From: Eledone cirrhosa
Taxonomy: Eukaryota
Length of the DNA: 64,000 bases
Direction of reading: 5' to 3'
Assembly: GCA_964016885.1 (NCBI GenBank)
Contig: OZ024740.1
Span: 176,266,001-176,330,000, forward strand
Shown one piece after another: positions 1 through 12,800 of the stretch (its first letter is position 1; each line of letters opens with the position of its first letter). The notes beneath the pieces are model-generated. The model worked only from the letters and a program-made list of their open reading frames with translations. It was not told the origin of the DNA and searched no databases. Position numbers and translations under genes: made by a program.

Positions 1-1884
1 AACGTAATCCATGATACATTAAAAAAATACGAAATTTCATTTACCACTCTTAGTACGGCTGTTACTTAAATATAAGTATGTACACGTACATACATATATG
101 TATACAGACGTACAGAAGTATGTATATATATATACATACATGCACACATATATATATATGTACGTATGGATTCACCGAACATTTATTATAATGCTCGGTG
201 TGTTTGTAAACAAACAACCCGTATTAAGCCGTAGTGTCCAGCAACCATCGTTGCTCGTTTGTTCAACACTGACAAAGGAACGCTGTACTAGTTTATGTAA
301 TATGCATTCATTATTTATTCAAAGTTAACCACCTTATTTTACTAACTGGATTAAAAGAAATAAACCATACGCAATCACGGATTCCTTACTTTATTATAGT
401 TTAGATACATACATGATGGCTGTCTCCTCGTTATCGAGCATGGCCATTGCACGATATATTAATAATTATTAATTAATTCTATCGTGCAATGCCTGTGCGT
501 GAAGGTTTTCTTTTAAGTGAGGAAAGACTGTGCACTGAGCCAATCCCACTCTCTGAGCGACAGTAGGTATAACCCGGAAAGAAAAGATAAACATCATCGG
601 TAACTACTCAGCCGCAGGTTTTATGTCGGAGTTATCCCGGTGTCCAGAGTTGCCTTCTTCTAGAAGAATGCTCTGACAAAGGCTAGTGGTCCTTCACTCT
701 CACTGGTTTAATCACGCGATCAGATATCCAGCCCGACTATTTCTATGTCCCTGCGCATATACATACACATTCATACATGCATATAGATATATACATATAC
801 GTACATGTGTATATACATATTTACACATTTTTGAATAGCCGTTGAATCATATGAGTTCTTCCTACCTTTGTCAGGTTTTGTTTTTATGTGTCCTGCACGG
901 TGTCCAAAATCACCTTCCTCACCAAATAAACTTACATACATATATGTTCATGTTTTTATATTTTCAGCATTTGTTCATTTGATAAACAATCTCTGCAATA
1001 GATTTGGTAAGGAAATAAATCATTTAAAAACTATGATGTATGTATGTTTTTATTCCGAACCGAAAAGGAGAGAATGAATAGGTGTTATTTTCTTAACCTC
1101 AGCAAAACATAATTACACAATGCATCAACTTCACCAATCACATAATTTTTCTAGAACAGTATAAGATACCATTAAGTTTTATTACGTAAAAAATCTATAT
1201 ACGCATATTCTAATTGTTAATCACACACTTCATCAAGCAAGAGCACAACATATTGTTTGTGGCATAAGTTCAATACCACATGTTGATAAACCCACGTGTA
1301 TACATGAATACACTCTTTTAATTACAATGTAAACAGCCATGATGCTAGAGGTTTTTGACTTCCTGTCGGTGTAATGTGTGTTCAGTGGTCAAGACACTTA
1401 AATATGAATATATGAGCCCAGAATACCCTATATAATTAACTTGGATGGTATAATAATGTGGAATCGTCGAGTAAATTTGCTGTTATATAAATATAGATTT
1501 TACGAGTGGTCCACTCTTTGCTGGGACTAGATTTATCCCATAGAAAAGAAGAAAAATAACTGTGGTTCATGTTTATGTAAAACGAAGTAACTATGTCAAC
1601 TTTAGACTTTACTATATGAGTGACATTCCTGATGCTGATGTCCACTCCAAGTATATGTAGATCGATGCCTATTGGAAACTACCTATCAATGAGGAGTTTG
1701 TCTTTGATTTGCTTAAGCAGTCCTGTATGTTTCAAAGATGTTTCTTTAATCAGTAAATATATAAACGTGGACACATTCTCTTAAAACGTTTAGCTTTATA
1801 TTTAGTAATGTTTAAAATTTAACACGGAACAATGAATGGAATATATTAATATTATCATAATACAATTTCTTAAAAACTTTTCAG

Positions 1885-1929
1885 GTCGCCGCATTAACTG
1901 TCATCCATGGACATTACGGCGTTATAATA
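1885..1929 (+). CDS. Candidate unique 45-nt exon upstream of the array
   Basis: ACTTTTCAG|GTCGCCGCATTAACTGTCATCCATGGACATTACGGCGTTATAATA|GTATGT; relatively GC-rich, multiple of 3, open in phase 1 (xRRINCHPWTLRRYN) and phase 0 (VAALTVIHGHYGVII). Confidence 0.35.
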
Positions 1930-2467
1930 GTATGTATTTTAATATTTTACATTCTCTATTAATTATAAAGATTGAGATACGAATTAATTAGTTTTCTTCA
2001 TTTTACCATCATTAATAATGTTAAGTTCAGCTATTACTGATTGGATAATTACGCTTCCCAGAACACACACTACAAACGAAACAAACACCTTGGCAACCGA
2101 TCGTAATAACCAATTTGTAACTGTAAAGGTCCTGCAATCAGACCACATTGATAGTTAAAATATTTATAACATCCTCGCATGCGATAGTTTACATTGAATA
2201 GCCGATATCAACACCACCTAGAATCGCAGAAATATTAGTTAAGATATAACTGAGTAGTAAGTGTTTGTTTATATATACCTCATAAAATGAAACCAGTGTT
2301 AAAAATACAACCGCATATCTTTGACAAATACAAATGTATCTAGGTCACATTTGATAGAGCGTATGAAGCTTGGGGAATATTAGTTCTGATAGGAGCTGCT
2401 GGAAGGCAAGGTTGAGGACTTTGCCTCTACACCTCTCCCAGTAATAAGCGGGTAAAGAAGACTAAGA

Positions 2468-2498
<31 letters not shown>

Positions 2499-2567
2499 TG
2501 TATGTATGTATGTATGTATGTATGTATGTATGTATGTATGTATGTATGTATGTGTGTGTGTATGTAT
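2468..2567. repeat. (TATG)n microsatellite
   Basis: Directly visible. Confidence 0.95.
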
Positions 2568-3887
2568 GTCAGGCCACCAGTTGGTTCTATTGGTAACATG
2601 TATCCCAGTACAACCTGTCTCATGGTCGAATCGTTGGCGACTAAACTGGCAACCCCACCAAGGATTCTTGGTGAGGAGGGTGACTTTGGACATCCTGCAG
2701 GACTAAAAACAAAACCTGTCAAAGGGCAAAGGAGCTCTTAAGAGTCAATGGCCATCCAAAATCACCGGGAGAGTTGACCCCTTAGCCTTTGTCAAGGCAG
2801 AATTCTAGGAGAAGGAAAACTCTGATATAACACCTGCAACCATGATGGTATCCAATGATGTTGACTTGTGCTTCGTTTTGGTAAATATCATCTTGGTTAA
2901 GAGAGTGGGACTGGCTTTGTGCAGTGCCTTTGCTCACAATCAAAGCTTCACGGCACAGGCATTGCTTTATATCTGGAGATCTCTCTGCACTTGTCGTCAC
3001 ATGGTACCATGGGCCCAGCACTATGTGTCAATAATTGTCACAAATGTTGTGTTTGAACCAGAGTTTTCAAGTCGCTGGCTGGACTAAAAAGTCACACTCG
3101 TTCAGAGCATCGGTAGTGGTTCTCCTACATGGATATAAAGTAGTGGCCGTACTCGAAAACGAGTTGGCAGCCACCATGTATGTATGTATGTATGTATGTA
3201 TGTATGTATGTATGTATGCATGTATGTATGCATGTATATATGCATGTGTCAGGTCACCAGTTGGTGCTACTGGTAACATGTATCCCAGTACAACCTGTCT
3301 CATGGTCGAGTCGTTGGCGACTAAACTGGCAACCCCACCAAGATTTCTTGGTGAGGAGGGTGACTTTGGACATCCTGCAGGACTAAAAACAAAACCTGTC
3401 AAAGGGCAAAGGAGCTCTTAAGAGTCAATGGCCATCCAAAATCACCGGGAGAGATGACCCCTTAGCCTTTGTCAAGGCAGAATTCTAGGAGAAGGAAAAC
3501 TCTGATATAACACCTGCAACCCTGATGGTATCCAATGATGTTGAAGTGTTCTTCTTTTTGGTAAATATCATCTTGGTTAAGAGAGTGGGACTGGCTTTGT
3601 GCAGTGCCTTTGCTCACTATAAAAGCTTCACGGCACAGGCATTGCTTTATATCTGGAGATCTCTCTGCACTTGTCGTCACATGGTACCATGGGCCCAGCA
3701 CTATGTGTCAATAATTGTCACAAGTGTAGTGTTTGTACCAGAATTTTCAAGTCGCTGGCTGGACTAAAAAGTCACACTCGTTCAGCGCATCGGTAGGGGT
3801 TCTCCTACATGGATATAAAGTAGTGGCCGTACTCGAAAACGAGTTGGCAGCCACCATATATGCATGTATATATGTATGTATGTATGC
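2568..3887 (+). mobile_element. Two tandem ~680-bp non-autonomous RTE-derived elements, each ending in a (GTAT)n tail
   Basis: Near-identical copies with period 680 (paired ORF ends 2741/3421, 2782/3462). Both end GGCCGTACTCGAAAACGAGTTGGCAGCCACCAT plus a TATG-type repeat, similar to tails at 413-452 (-) and 7256-7312 (+). A 5' fragment recurs inverted at ~865-925. RTE origin is inferred. Confidence 0.6.
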
Positions 3888-6649
3888 AAGACCACATGGA
3901 TGCATCCTGCATCTAAGGAATGGCATCTTTTGGACTACGTCCTAGTCAGAATGCGTGACAGACAGGATGTGCAATGTGTTCGTGCTCTTCGTGGAGCTGA
4001 ATGCTGGACGGACCACCGCCTGGTACGCGCAAAAGTGAAACTAATCACTAAACGTAAAATCTGGGCTCCTGGTGTTGCGCTGCCCAAAAGATTGAATGCT
4101 GCTCGTCTTAAGGATAAAAATGTGAAGAGGACATTGGAAGAAGAGATGCAGGCTGCAGATGAGGATTGACCGACCCTTAAAAAGTCGGTTTATGATGTAG
4201 GCAGGCGTGTTCTAGGATTGGTGCAGAGAAAACATCAGGACTGGTTTAATGAGAATGATGTACATATAGAAGACTTGTTGGCTGATAAGAGGCGTGCTCT
4301 GTCACGCTACTTGACGGCAAAACCACAGGAGAGGAATACGTTGCATGTGGAACTCAAGGATGTAAAATCACGTGTTAGGCGGAGTCTTTCTCAGATGAAG
4401 GATCAGTGGTGGAGTGAGAAGGCTGGTGAGATACAAACTGCGCCAGGTTCCAATAACACAAAGCTGTTGTACAGTCTCGCGTGTGAGGTTTATGGACCGT
4501 CTTCTTCTCTGGTGATAACGCTTCGTAGCAAGGATGGCAAAGAAGTTCTTCGTGACTTACAAGGAATTCTACGAAGGTGGCGAGAGCACTTTGATGATAT
4601 TTTGAATCAGCCGTCTGTCGTCAGTGAAGATTTCCTCAATCTTATTCCAGAAAGTCCCGTGAAAGTAGCTCTCGCAGAACCTCCGATGCTTGTGGAGGTT
4701 GCAGTGGCTATCTCGAAGCTGAACAGTAGAACGTCTCCAGGTATGGATGGCATACATGCTGAGCTCCTACAATATGGTGGTGAGAGACTCCTGCAACATC
4801 TTCACTCTTTGTTTGGCAGGATATGGTCTAATGAATCCGTACCTGAGGACTGGAGAGATGCAGTAATGGTGGTCTTGTACAAAGGAAAGGGTAACAGGAA
4901 TGATTGTGGGAACTACAGAGGTATATCATTGCTTTCTGTCGTAGGGAAAGTTTTATGTAGGGTACTTCTGGACCGTCTGCTGACACACATTGCAGATTGT
5001 GTTCTTCCTGAAAGTCAATCTGGTTTTCGTGCTGGACGCGGCACTACTGATATGATCTTCTCAGCTAGACAGCTCCAGGAGAATTGCATGGAACAAGGTT
5101 TGGATCTATATCAGGTTTTTGTCGATCTGACAAAAGCTTTCGATACTGTTAACAGAGATGCATCATGGAAGGTTCTCCAGAAACTTGGTTGCCCTGATAA
5201 GTTCCTTGCTTTAGTTAGGTCTTTCCATGACGACATGAAGGCTTGGGTTAATGTCGGAGGTAACATGTCGGAGCCTATCTCAGTAAAAAATGGAGTGAAA
5301 CAGGGGGATATTCCAGTACCAACCCTGTTTGCCATATACTTTGCAATGGTTTTCTGTATTGCATTCAGGAATTGCGAGCATTGTGTTTACATCCGATATC
5401 GAACCTCAGGCAGCATATTTAACATCAGGCGCTTTACTGCAAAGACAAAAGTATTTACATCAATCATAAGAGACCTCTTGTATGCAGATGATTGCGATCT
5501 TGTAGCGCACACAGAGAGTGATATGCAGCACATTTTGAAAGCATTTTCTGACGCTTGCACTTCCCTAGGATTGACTGTCAATCTCAAGAAAACCGTCGTC
5601 ATGTACCAACCTGCCCCTGGTAACCAAATATCTATGTGTATGGTAAACGACTTGGAGTGGTTGATCAGTTTGTCTACCTGGGAAGCACTGTCAATCGATA
5701 CAGCAACCTTGATAGTGAAATCTCACTTAGGATTAGGAAAGCATGTGATGCTTTCGGAAAGCTAGAAAGGCGACTCTGGGGTCGGCGAGATATATGCAAG
5801 AGGACAAAGGTAAAGATGTACAAGGCATGTGTGCTCTCTTGTCTTCTTTATGCCTGCGAGACCTGGGTCACATATCGACACCACCTTGAGCAATTGGAGC
5901 GTTTCCATCAGATGTGTCTCAGACGGATCCATGGCGTTCACTGGAGGGACCACATCAGTGATGTCGAGATTTTGGAAAGCTCTATGTTTGTCAGTCTAGA
6001 AGCTCTTTGCTTAAGCAACGACTCCGTTGGACGGGTCTCTTTGCCAGGATGAAGGATTCTAGAATACCAAAACAACTCTTTTATGGAGAGTTAGTTAAAG
6101 GAAAACGACCTCCACATAAACTAAAAAAGAGGTATAAGGATTCCTCGAAAGCCTCTTTGAAAGACGCTAACATCCCTGCTGATACATGGGAAAATATTGC
6201 TGCTGATCGTAATAAATGGAGAAAGACTGTATATGAGGGAAAATTTGCCTTTGAGGCATCTCGAATCGCATACGAGAAAGTAAAGCGGGATGTGAGGAAG
6301 GGCATTGCTGTTGCACTTCCAGACAGCAAAGGGTCCTACTATGGTGCTGACATGCAGCGTCTGTGCGAGACTCTGCCTAAGCAAAGCTGGACTTGAAAGT
6401 CATCTTCGCAGTCATAAAGTAAGACCAGTGGTTGACTACCAGGGTGCTGTTGGAGATGCTACTCATTATGCTTGCCAAGCATGTGGTAGAGAATGTAAAT
6501 CAGCAGGAGGGCTCAAGCGACATGCAAAAGTACATGAACTCCAACCACAGCCGGCTATTCCCAGTGAATGTTTTGGTTGCCGACTCTGTGCAATACATTT
6601 TAGATCATTGGCTGGGCTAAAAAGCCACATTCGATCGCAGCGCTGTTAG
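3888..6649 (+). mobile_element. 5'-truncated, frameshifted RTE-clade LINE: end of APE endonuclease, RT, C-terminal C2H2 zinc fingers
   Basis: APE motifs TWMHP..WHLLDYVLVR..TDHRLV; RT motifs GNYRGISLLS, QSGFRAGRGTTDMIF, FVDLTKAFDTV, GVKQG, LLYADD; downstream LLYACETW and RIPKQLFYGEL; stop at 4169 and frameshifts near 5630, 6010 and 6340. Confidence 0.93.
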
Positions 6650-6656
6650 TTGCTAT

Positions 6657-6765
6657 CGTGTGTGTGTGTGTGTGTGTATATAGATATGTTTATGTGTGTG
6701 CGTGTGTGTGTATATATATATGTATATGTATATTATTGTTGTTGTTGTCGTTATTATTATTATTG

Positions 6766-6800
<35 letters not shown>

Positions 6801-6910
6801 GTTATTATTATATGTGTATGTATATGTATATGTATGTATGTATGTATATGTATGTATGTGTTTGTATATATATATATGTATGTATGTGTTTGTATATATA
6901 TATATGTATG

Positions 6911-6964
<54 letters not shown>
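6657..6964. repeat. Compound (TG)n/(TAT)n/(TATG)n/(TA)n microsatellite
   Basis: Directly visible; produces several spurious ORFs. Confidence 0.95.
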
Positions 6965-6965
<1 letters not shown>

Positions 6966-7146
6966 GATATTAACAAATGGAAACTATATTTATAGAACCA
7001 TATTTATTTCATTATACATATTTAAAGGACACCAAGTTAAATTATGGTGTGCTTTCATCAGATAAAATTTAACTTGGTGGCCTTGAAATATGTATAATGA
7101 AATAAATATGGTTTTATAAATATAGTTTCCATTTGTTAATATCGTA
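6963..7146. repeat. Inverted repeat with ~80-bp arms and ~22-nt loop
   Basis: TACGATATTAACAAATGGAAACTATATTTATA...CACCAAGTTAAATT pairs with AATTTAACTTGGTG...TATAAATATAGTTTCCATTTGTTAATATCGTA, with about 3 mismatches. Confidence 0.9.
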
Positions 7147-7778
7147 TTTTTAATCCAATAATTTGTTGAGTGCTTTATATCAGTTATAAGAATATTTGCT
7201 TGTTGTATCCCAACAATTTAAATAGAACTTCTACATATACATATATATATTTTTCTCGTGCAATGGCCATACTAGATAACGAGGGGACAGCCATCATCAT
7301 GTATGTATGTATACAAAGCGCGAGCCAGTCTTGTTTGTATTGAATACATACAAAAGCTGATATTATTAGAGTCTCTGAAATCAAACGGCAGAATTAACTT
7401 CATTTTGCAAATTCATTTAATCAAGGAAAGTAAGGACAGCCAATCAGAATGGACACAAATAACATAGTCAACATAATCTCAACTGTGGCTAGGAGATGGG
7501 TTCTCAGCAATCACTATGATATATTCAAGAAATATACTTATTTCATACATACCGCATATTAGGAAACCACTGTTAGAAATCAGATTTCATATACATAAAA
7601 TATACAGGAACATTTACGTTACATTAGATACTGAAGGTGAGACGTTATGTTTAACTCCCAGTAAGGTTTAAATAATTTTGGATCGTATTACTGATTTTTT
7701 AAAGATGTTGCGAATAATAGTTTCCAAACGTGATATATTTTCTAGAATATATATTTCATTATTCTTTTCTCTTAACAG

Positions 7779-7813
7779 TACATTACAATGCGCGAAAGTA
7801 TTACTATAAACAA
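7779..7813 (+). pseudogene. Degenerate 35-nt copy of the B-type micro-exon at the array edge
   Basis: CTCTTAACAG|TACATTACAATGCGCGAAAGTATTACTATAAACAA|GTGATA; homologous, but not a multiple of 3, and the exonic -1 G is lost. Confidence 0.5.
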
Positions 7814-8706
7814 GTGATATGATGAAGCATATTTTATTATATATAATTCTTTAAATACATAAATCTTTTACATGATATATAGGGAAAAATATGAATTTGG
7901 GCCAGAAAGTAGGGTTCAATATCTATATGAGTATATATGTTATATACAAACAAGAATGTATTTGGGTGAGTGTGTCTTTTGTATCAATGTAACACCCACG
8001 TTTTAGGAATTTACATTATTTTAACGCTCAATTTTGAAAGTTCTTTTTGAACGTAAATTAGTCTTTTTTAAAATATAATGTTAAACCTTTTACAAATGTA
8101 ATGCACAACATTGTGTGCAGAAATATACGAAGAAGCACAGAAACACACAAATACCCACAACACAGAAATGCATACATACATGGATACAACCACCAAACTA
8201 CCTAATTTGTAGTATTTTATTTAAATCATGATGATGTGTAGAGCACCTCGAAGACTATAGTTTGGTATTCTATACATAGCATCGCTCAAATCAAACGGCA
8301 GAATTAACTTCATATTCCAAATTCAATTCAAGTAAGTTCAGCCGTTCAGAACGGACACAAATACCATAGTCAACATGAACTGAAGTGTGGCTAGGAGATG
8401 GGTTTTCAGCAATCACTATTATATATTCAAGAAATATTATTTAAAATATACTTGTGCACAATCAGTTATTTCATACATACCCCATAGTAGGAAACCACTG
8501 TTTGAAATCAGATTTCATAAACATGAAATATACAGAACCATTTACGTTACATTAGATACTGAAGGTGAGACGTTATGTTCAACTTCCTGTAAGGTTTAAA
8601 TATGTTTGGAACGTATTAATGATTTTTGTAAAATGTTACGTATAATAGATTCCAAACGCAATATATTTGCTAGAATATATATTTCTTTATTCTTATCTAT
8701 TTACAG

Positions 8707-8745
8707 TAGATGACAATGAAGCACGAAACTATTACCATACAACAG
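8707..8745 (+). CDS. Divergent B-type 39-nt micro-exon ([13 protein letters not shown] in phase 1)
   Basis: TTCTTATCTATTTACAG|TAGATGACAATGAAGCACGAAACTATTACCATACAACAG|GTGATA; length and splice sites are kept despite many substitutions. Confidence 0.62.
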
Positions 8746-9790
8746 GTGATATGATGGGACATGTTTTATTATATTACTAGCTGGCCCGTCCGGCTGGCGC
8801 CCGGCTACCATTGGCGTGTTCTACGGCATCCATATATATATATATAGCTGACGTACCTAGCTTCGCTTGGATAAACAGACGATAAGCCATCTGTGTATTA
8901 TAGTATTCCTGTTGAAAATATATAGCATAGTATAGTATTACTGTTGAAAATATATAGTATAGTATTACTGCTGAAAATATATAGTATAGTATTACTGTTG
9001 AAAATATATAGTATAGTATGGTATTACTGTTGAAAATATATAGTACAGCATAGTATTACTGTTGCAAATATATAGTACAGTATTACTGTTGAAAATATAT
9101 AGTATAGTATAGTATTACTGTTGAAAATATATAGTATAGTACAATATTACTGTTGAATATATATAGTATAATATTACAGTTGAAAATATATAGTACAGTA
9201 TTACTGTTAAAAATATATAGTATAGTATTACTTTTGAAAATATATAGTATATTATAATATTACTGTTGAAAATATATAGTATAGTATTACTGTTGAAAAT
9301 ATATAGTATAGTATAGTATTAATGTTGAAAATATATAGTATTACTTTTGAAAATATATAGTGTAGTTCAGTATTACTGTTGAAAATATACTGTACAGCAT
9401 TACTGTTGAAAATATGTAGTATAGTATAGTATTAATGTTGAAAATATATAGTACAGTATTACTGTTGAAAATATATAGTATAGTATTACCGTTGAAAATA
9501 TAATGTATAGTATAGTATTACTGTTGAAAGTATAGTATTACTGTTGAAAATATATAGTACAGCATTACTGTTGAAAATATGTAGTATAGTATAGTATTAA
9601 TGTTGAAAATAGTACAGTATTACTGTTGAAAATATATAGTATAGTATTACCGTTGAAAATATAATGTATAGTATAGTATTACTGTTGAAAATATATAGTA
9701 CAGTACAGTATTACTGTTGAAAATATATAGTATAGTATTACTGTTGAAAATATATAGTATAGTATGACTGTTGAATACATATAGTATAGT

Positions 9791-9840
<50 letters not shown>

Positions 9841-12800
9841 TTAAAAGTTGGTTAGAAGCAAAGTCAATACAGACATGCACACATACAGACAGATATTATA
9901 AGGGCGCCACCTTATAGCTATGTATCTATCTAAAAAGACAGAGTAAGAAAGAGAGATGAATGTCGTATTATATATATTACATATAATAAAGTACCAGTAA
10001 TGTACTGGAATAATTGCTGGCCTTGTGCCAAAAGTAGAAACAATTATACTTCTTTTTTATATAACTGTAAATAGCATGTTGATGTATGTATATATACGTA
10101 TAAAGGAATGCTGTAATAAAATGTACAAATTAAATTGTCTCTTATTTATGATACTAACACTATATATATATATATATATATAAATAACGAAGGAAGTGTG
10201 GTAAGGAACCAGATGGAGCATAACGCACCAGAGTACTCAATACTTAGGGTAGTAGAGTCGGTAATAGGAAAATGTTTAACCCCTACGGCAGAGCTCAAGC
10301 CGATTCGACGGCTGTTTCCGTCCAGAAATAGCCGTCGAAACGGCTTGACCTCTGCCGTCGGGCTTAAACATTTTCCTATATATATATACATACACTATAT
10401 ATATACATATATACACACACGCACAGATTGCGAAGTCAATGTTTTCATAATGCAGACAGCCAGACATACAGAGGTATATTATAAGGGCGCGACGTTATAG
10501 CTATGTGTCTATCTAAAAAAGCAGACTAAGAAAGAGAGAGGAATGTCGTATAACCGGAAGTGTTGACATTTGAACATTTTAAAGAAGTGAATATTTAAAT
10601 AATATCTTTAATGTTTTAACGAAATTTAGAAGACAAAAAATACGCTCACTTGGAAAAAGTAACATCTATGGTGCAAATTTGGTGCTGTTTGGTTCAGCCG
10701 TTTGGCGAAAAGTTTGTTACATACATACGGCCGTCAGCTTTATTAGTATAGATATATACTTCTTTCAATACATAACTCTTTTACATAATATATATGGAAC
10801 AATTCGAATCAGGCTACAGAAAGTAGGGTTCAATATCTACATGAGTATATATGTAATATATAAACATGAATGTATATATACAAACATGAGTGTATTTGGG
10901 AGACGTGTGTTTCCTCTACAAATATAGCATCCTCATTTTATGAATTTACATTATTTTAACGCTCAATTTTGTATTTAGAAGGGTTGAAATTAGAAGGATA
11001 GATATATTCTCTGACCTTTGGTTAGTATCTCCCAAGGAGTTGGTTTTCTAGGCGTAAACAACTCAGAAAGATGGATATATCCTCTGACCTATTTTCTGTT
11101 AGGCGTAAACACCTTTGACCTGTGTCGAGCGAAAACAACTTACCACGGCTTGTCCCAGAGGCGGGAAAGCTCACATTCAGTTTCAAATCTTCGCCGCCGT
11201 TATAGTACCCCCCCTTCCAGTGAGAAAGCTAAGATTGAACGATCTAGGTGCATGTGAAATGAAGATAGGTAGGACTAGGGGTGTTGTTGAAGAAAATCAG
11301 TAAAAAAAAATACATGAAAATCATTTACAAACAGGCGAAATGAAAGAAAACATGCAAAGCAAAATAAATTTACATGCAGGAAAATGCACTGTGATGTTAC
11401 ATAAAATTGAAAATGTTCGTACGAAAAGTTTGTTGATTAAAAGTTCGTTCATTTCATAGAAACGGAAAAATGTTCTTTTGTCCGTTCTTTTGATGTGTAT
11501 CATGCACAGAGTCAATTGATTTGAGTGTAGCAATAGTTCATGACCACAGAAATTGGCCGATTCGTTGACATGTACAAATTAGCAGAAATGTCGACCAGAT
11601 GCATAATTTGTACTTACCCGATAAATGTGTACGTATCGCGTGGGCCATCGGACTGTTCTTCCAGATTTGGTGTGTCGAGGTTGTACAGAATTTGTCGTGT
11701 TTGTGTCGGGCAAAGTTGTTGGTGAGTCTGCTGGAGAAGCGGTGGTTACTGGTGGTAATTCCTGTTCTATGAACGTTTTTTTTAAACGATGAATGGAGAC
11801 GATATTTCGTTTCCCGTTCAAGTCGAGGACGAAATATTTAGGGCGTTTCTGTATCACCTTATAGGGCCCGGAATACGGCGGACGAAGTTGCGATGGAATA
11901 CCGTCATTTCTAACAAAAACATGCGTCCATGTATCGATGTATTTTGGTATGTGTGAAGTAACGTGCTATTGTTTAGGGGCTGAAGGAGACATATGTGACA
12001 TCGATGACCGTAAACGGTGCACATATTTTGTAGGGTCTGGAAGTTCTTGTGGCGAAACAGGAGCGATCATTTTCCTGGGTAGAGCGAGTACGGTGCCGTA
12101 AACCATTTCAGCCGGAGAATGTCCGACTCCCCCCTTAACAGTGGAACGAATACCAAGAAGAATGAGTGGGAGGTATTCGAACCAGTTAGTGGAGTCTGCG
12201 TAAGCCTTGATGGCCGCTTTTAGCTGACGGTGGAAACGTTCCACCATGCCGTTAGCGGCAGGGTCATACGCCGTTGTACAGATGTATTTGCACCCGAGGA
12301 GACGAGTCAGCTCGGTAAAGAGGTGCGAATCGAACTGACGTCCTCTATCCGTAGTGATGGTCGCGGGTGTGCCGAAACGCGAAACTCAGTGAAACACTGG
12401 CGTTCTAGCGGCAGTTTCCGCAGTAATATCCGTTAGGGGAAAAGCTTCTGGCCAGCGAGAAAATCGGTCGACACAGGTGAGAAGATGAGTGTAGTTGTGA
12501 GAAGGAGGCAAAGGTCCAACGATGTCTATATGCACATGTTGGAACCGAGTATCAGGTGTTGCGAAAGAACCGATCGGGGCTTTGATGTGCCGGTGAATGT
12601 TCGCCTTCTGGCACGCGATACAGTTCCTAGCCCATTCGCGGGTGTCCTTGTTGATGTTGGGCCACACAAAGCGGGCAACCATCAGTTTCTGCGTGGCACG
12701 AACGCCAGGGTGTGCCAGAGAATGCAGTGCCGAGAAAACGTCACGTTGATGTTTCCGGGGCACGTATGGGCGCTCGTGGCCTGTGGAGATATCGCACCAA

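Larger units (their letters stand above)
8777..10752 (-). mobile_element. Non-autonomous Helitron, apparently complete (~1.98 kb)
   Basis: The minus strand begins TCTATACTAATAAAG and ends with a GC hairpin (CCGGGCGCCAGCCGG) then CTAG. It sits between A and T with no target duplication, and joining the flanks restores the array consensus TTATATTA|TATATACTTC. Confidence 0.85.

Noticed and set aside
6305-6649. Stand-alone C2H2 zinc-finger gene
   Set aside because: Contiguous with the LINE ORF through a frameshift and lacks TGEKP linkers.
6650-7065. Low-complexity ORFs (poly-Y, I, L, YI); likewise 98-328, 2427-2741 and 24455-24901
   Set aside because: Translations of microsatellites.
10264-10379. 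miRNA precursor or hammerhead ribozyme
   Set aside because: No complete CTGANGA...GAAA core is visible, and a hairpin inside a transposon is not sufficient evidence.
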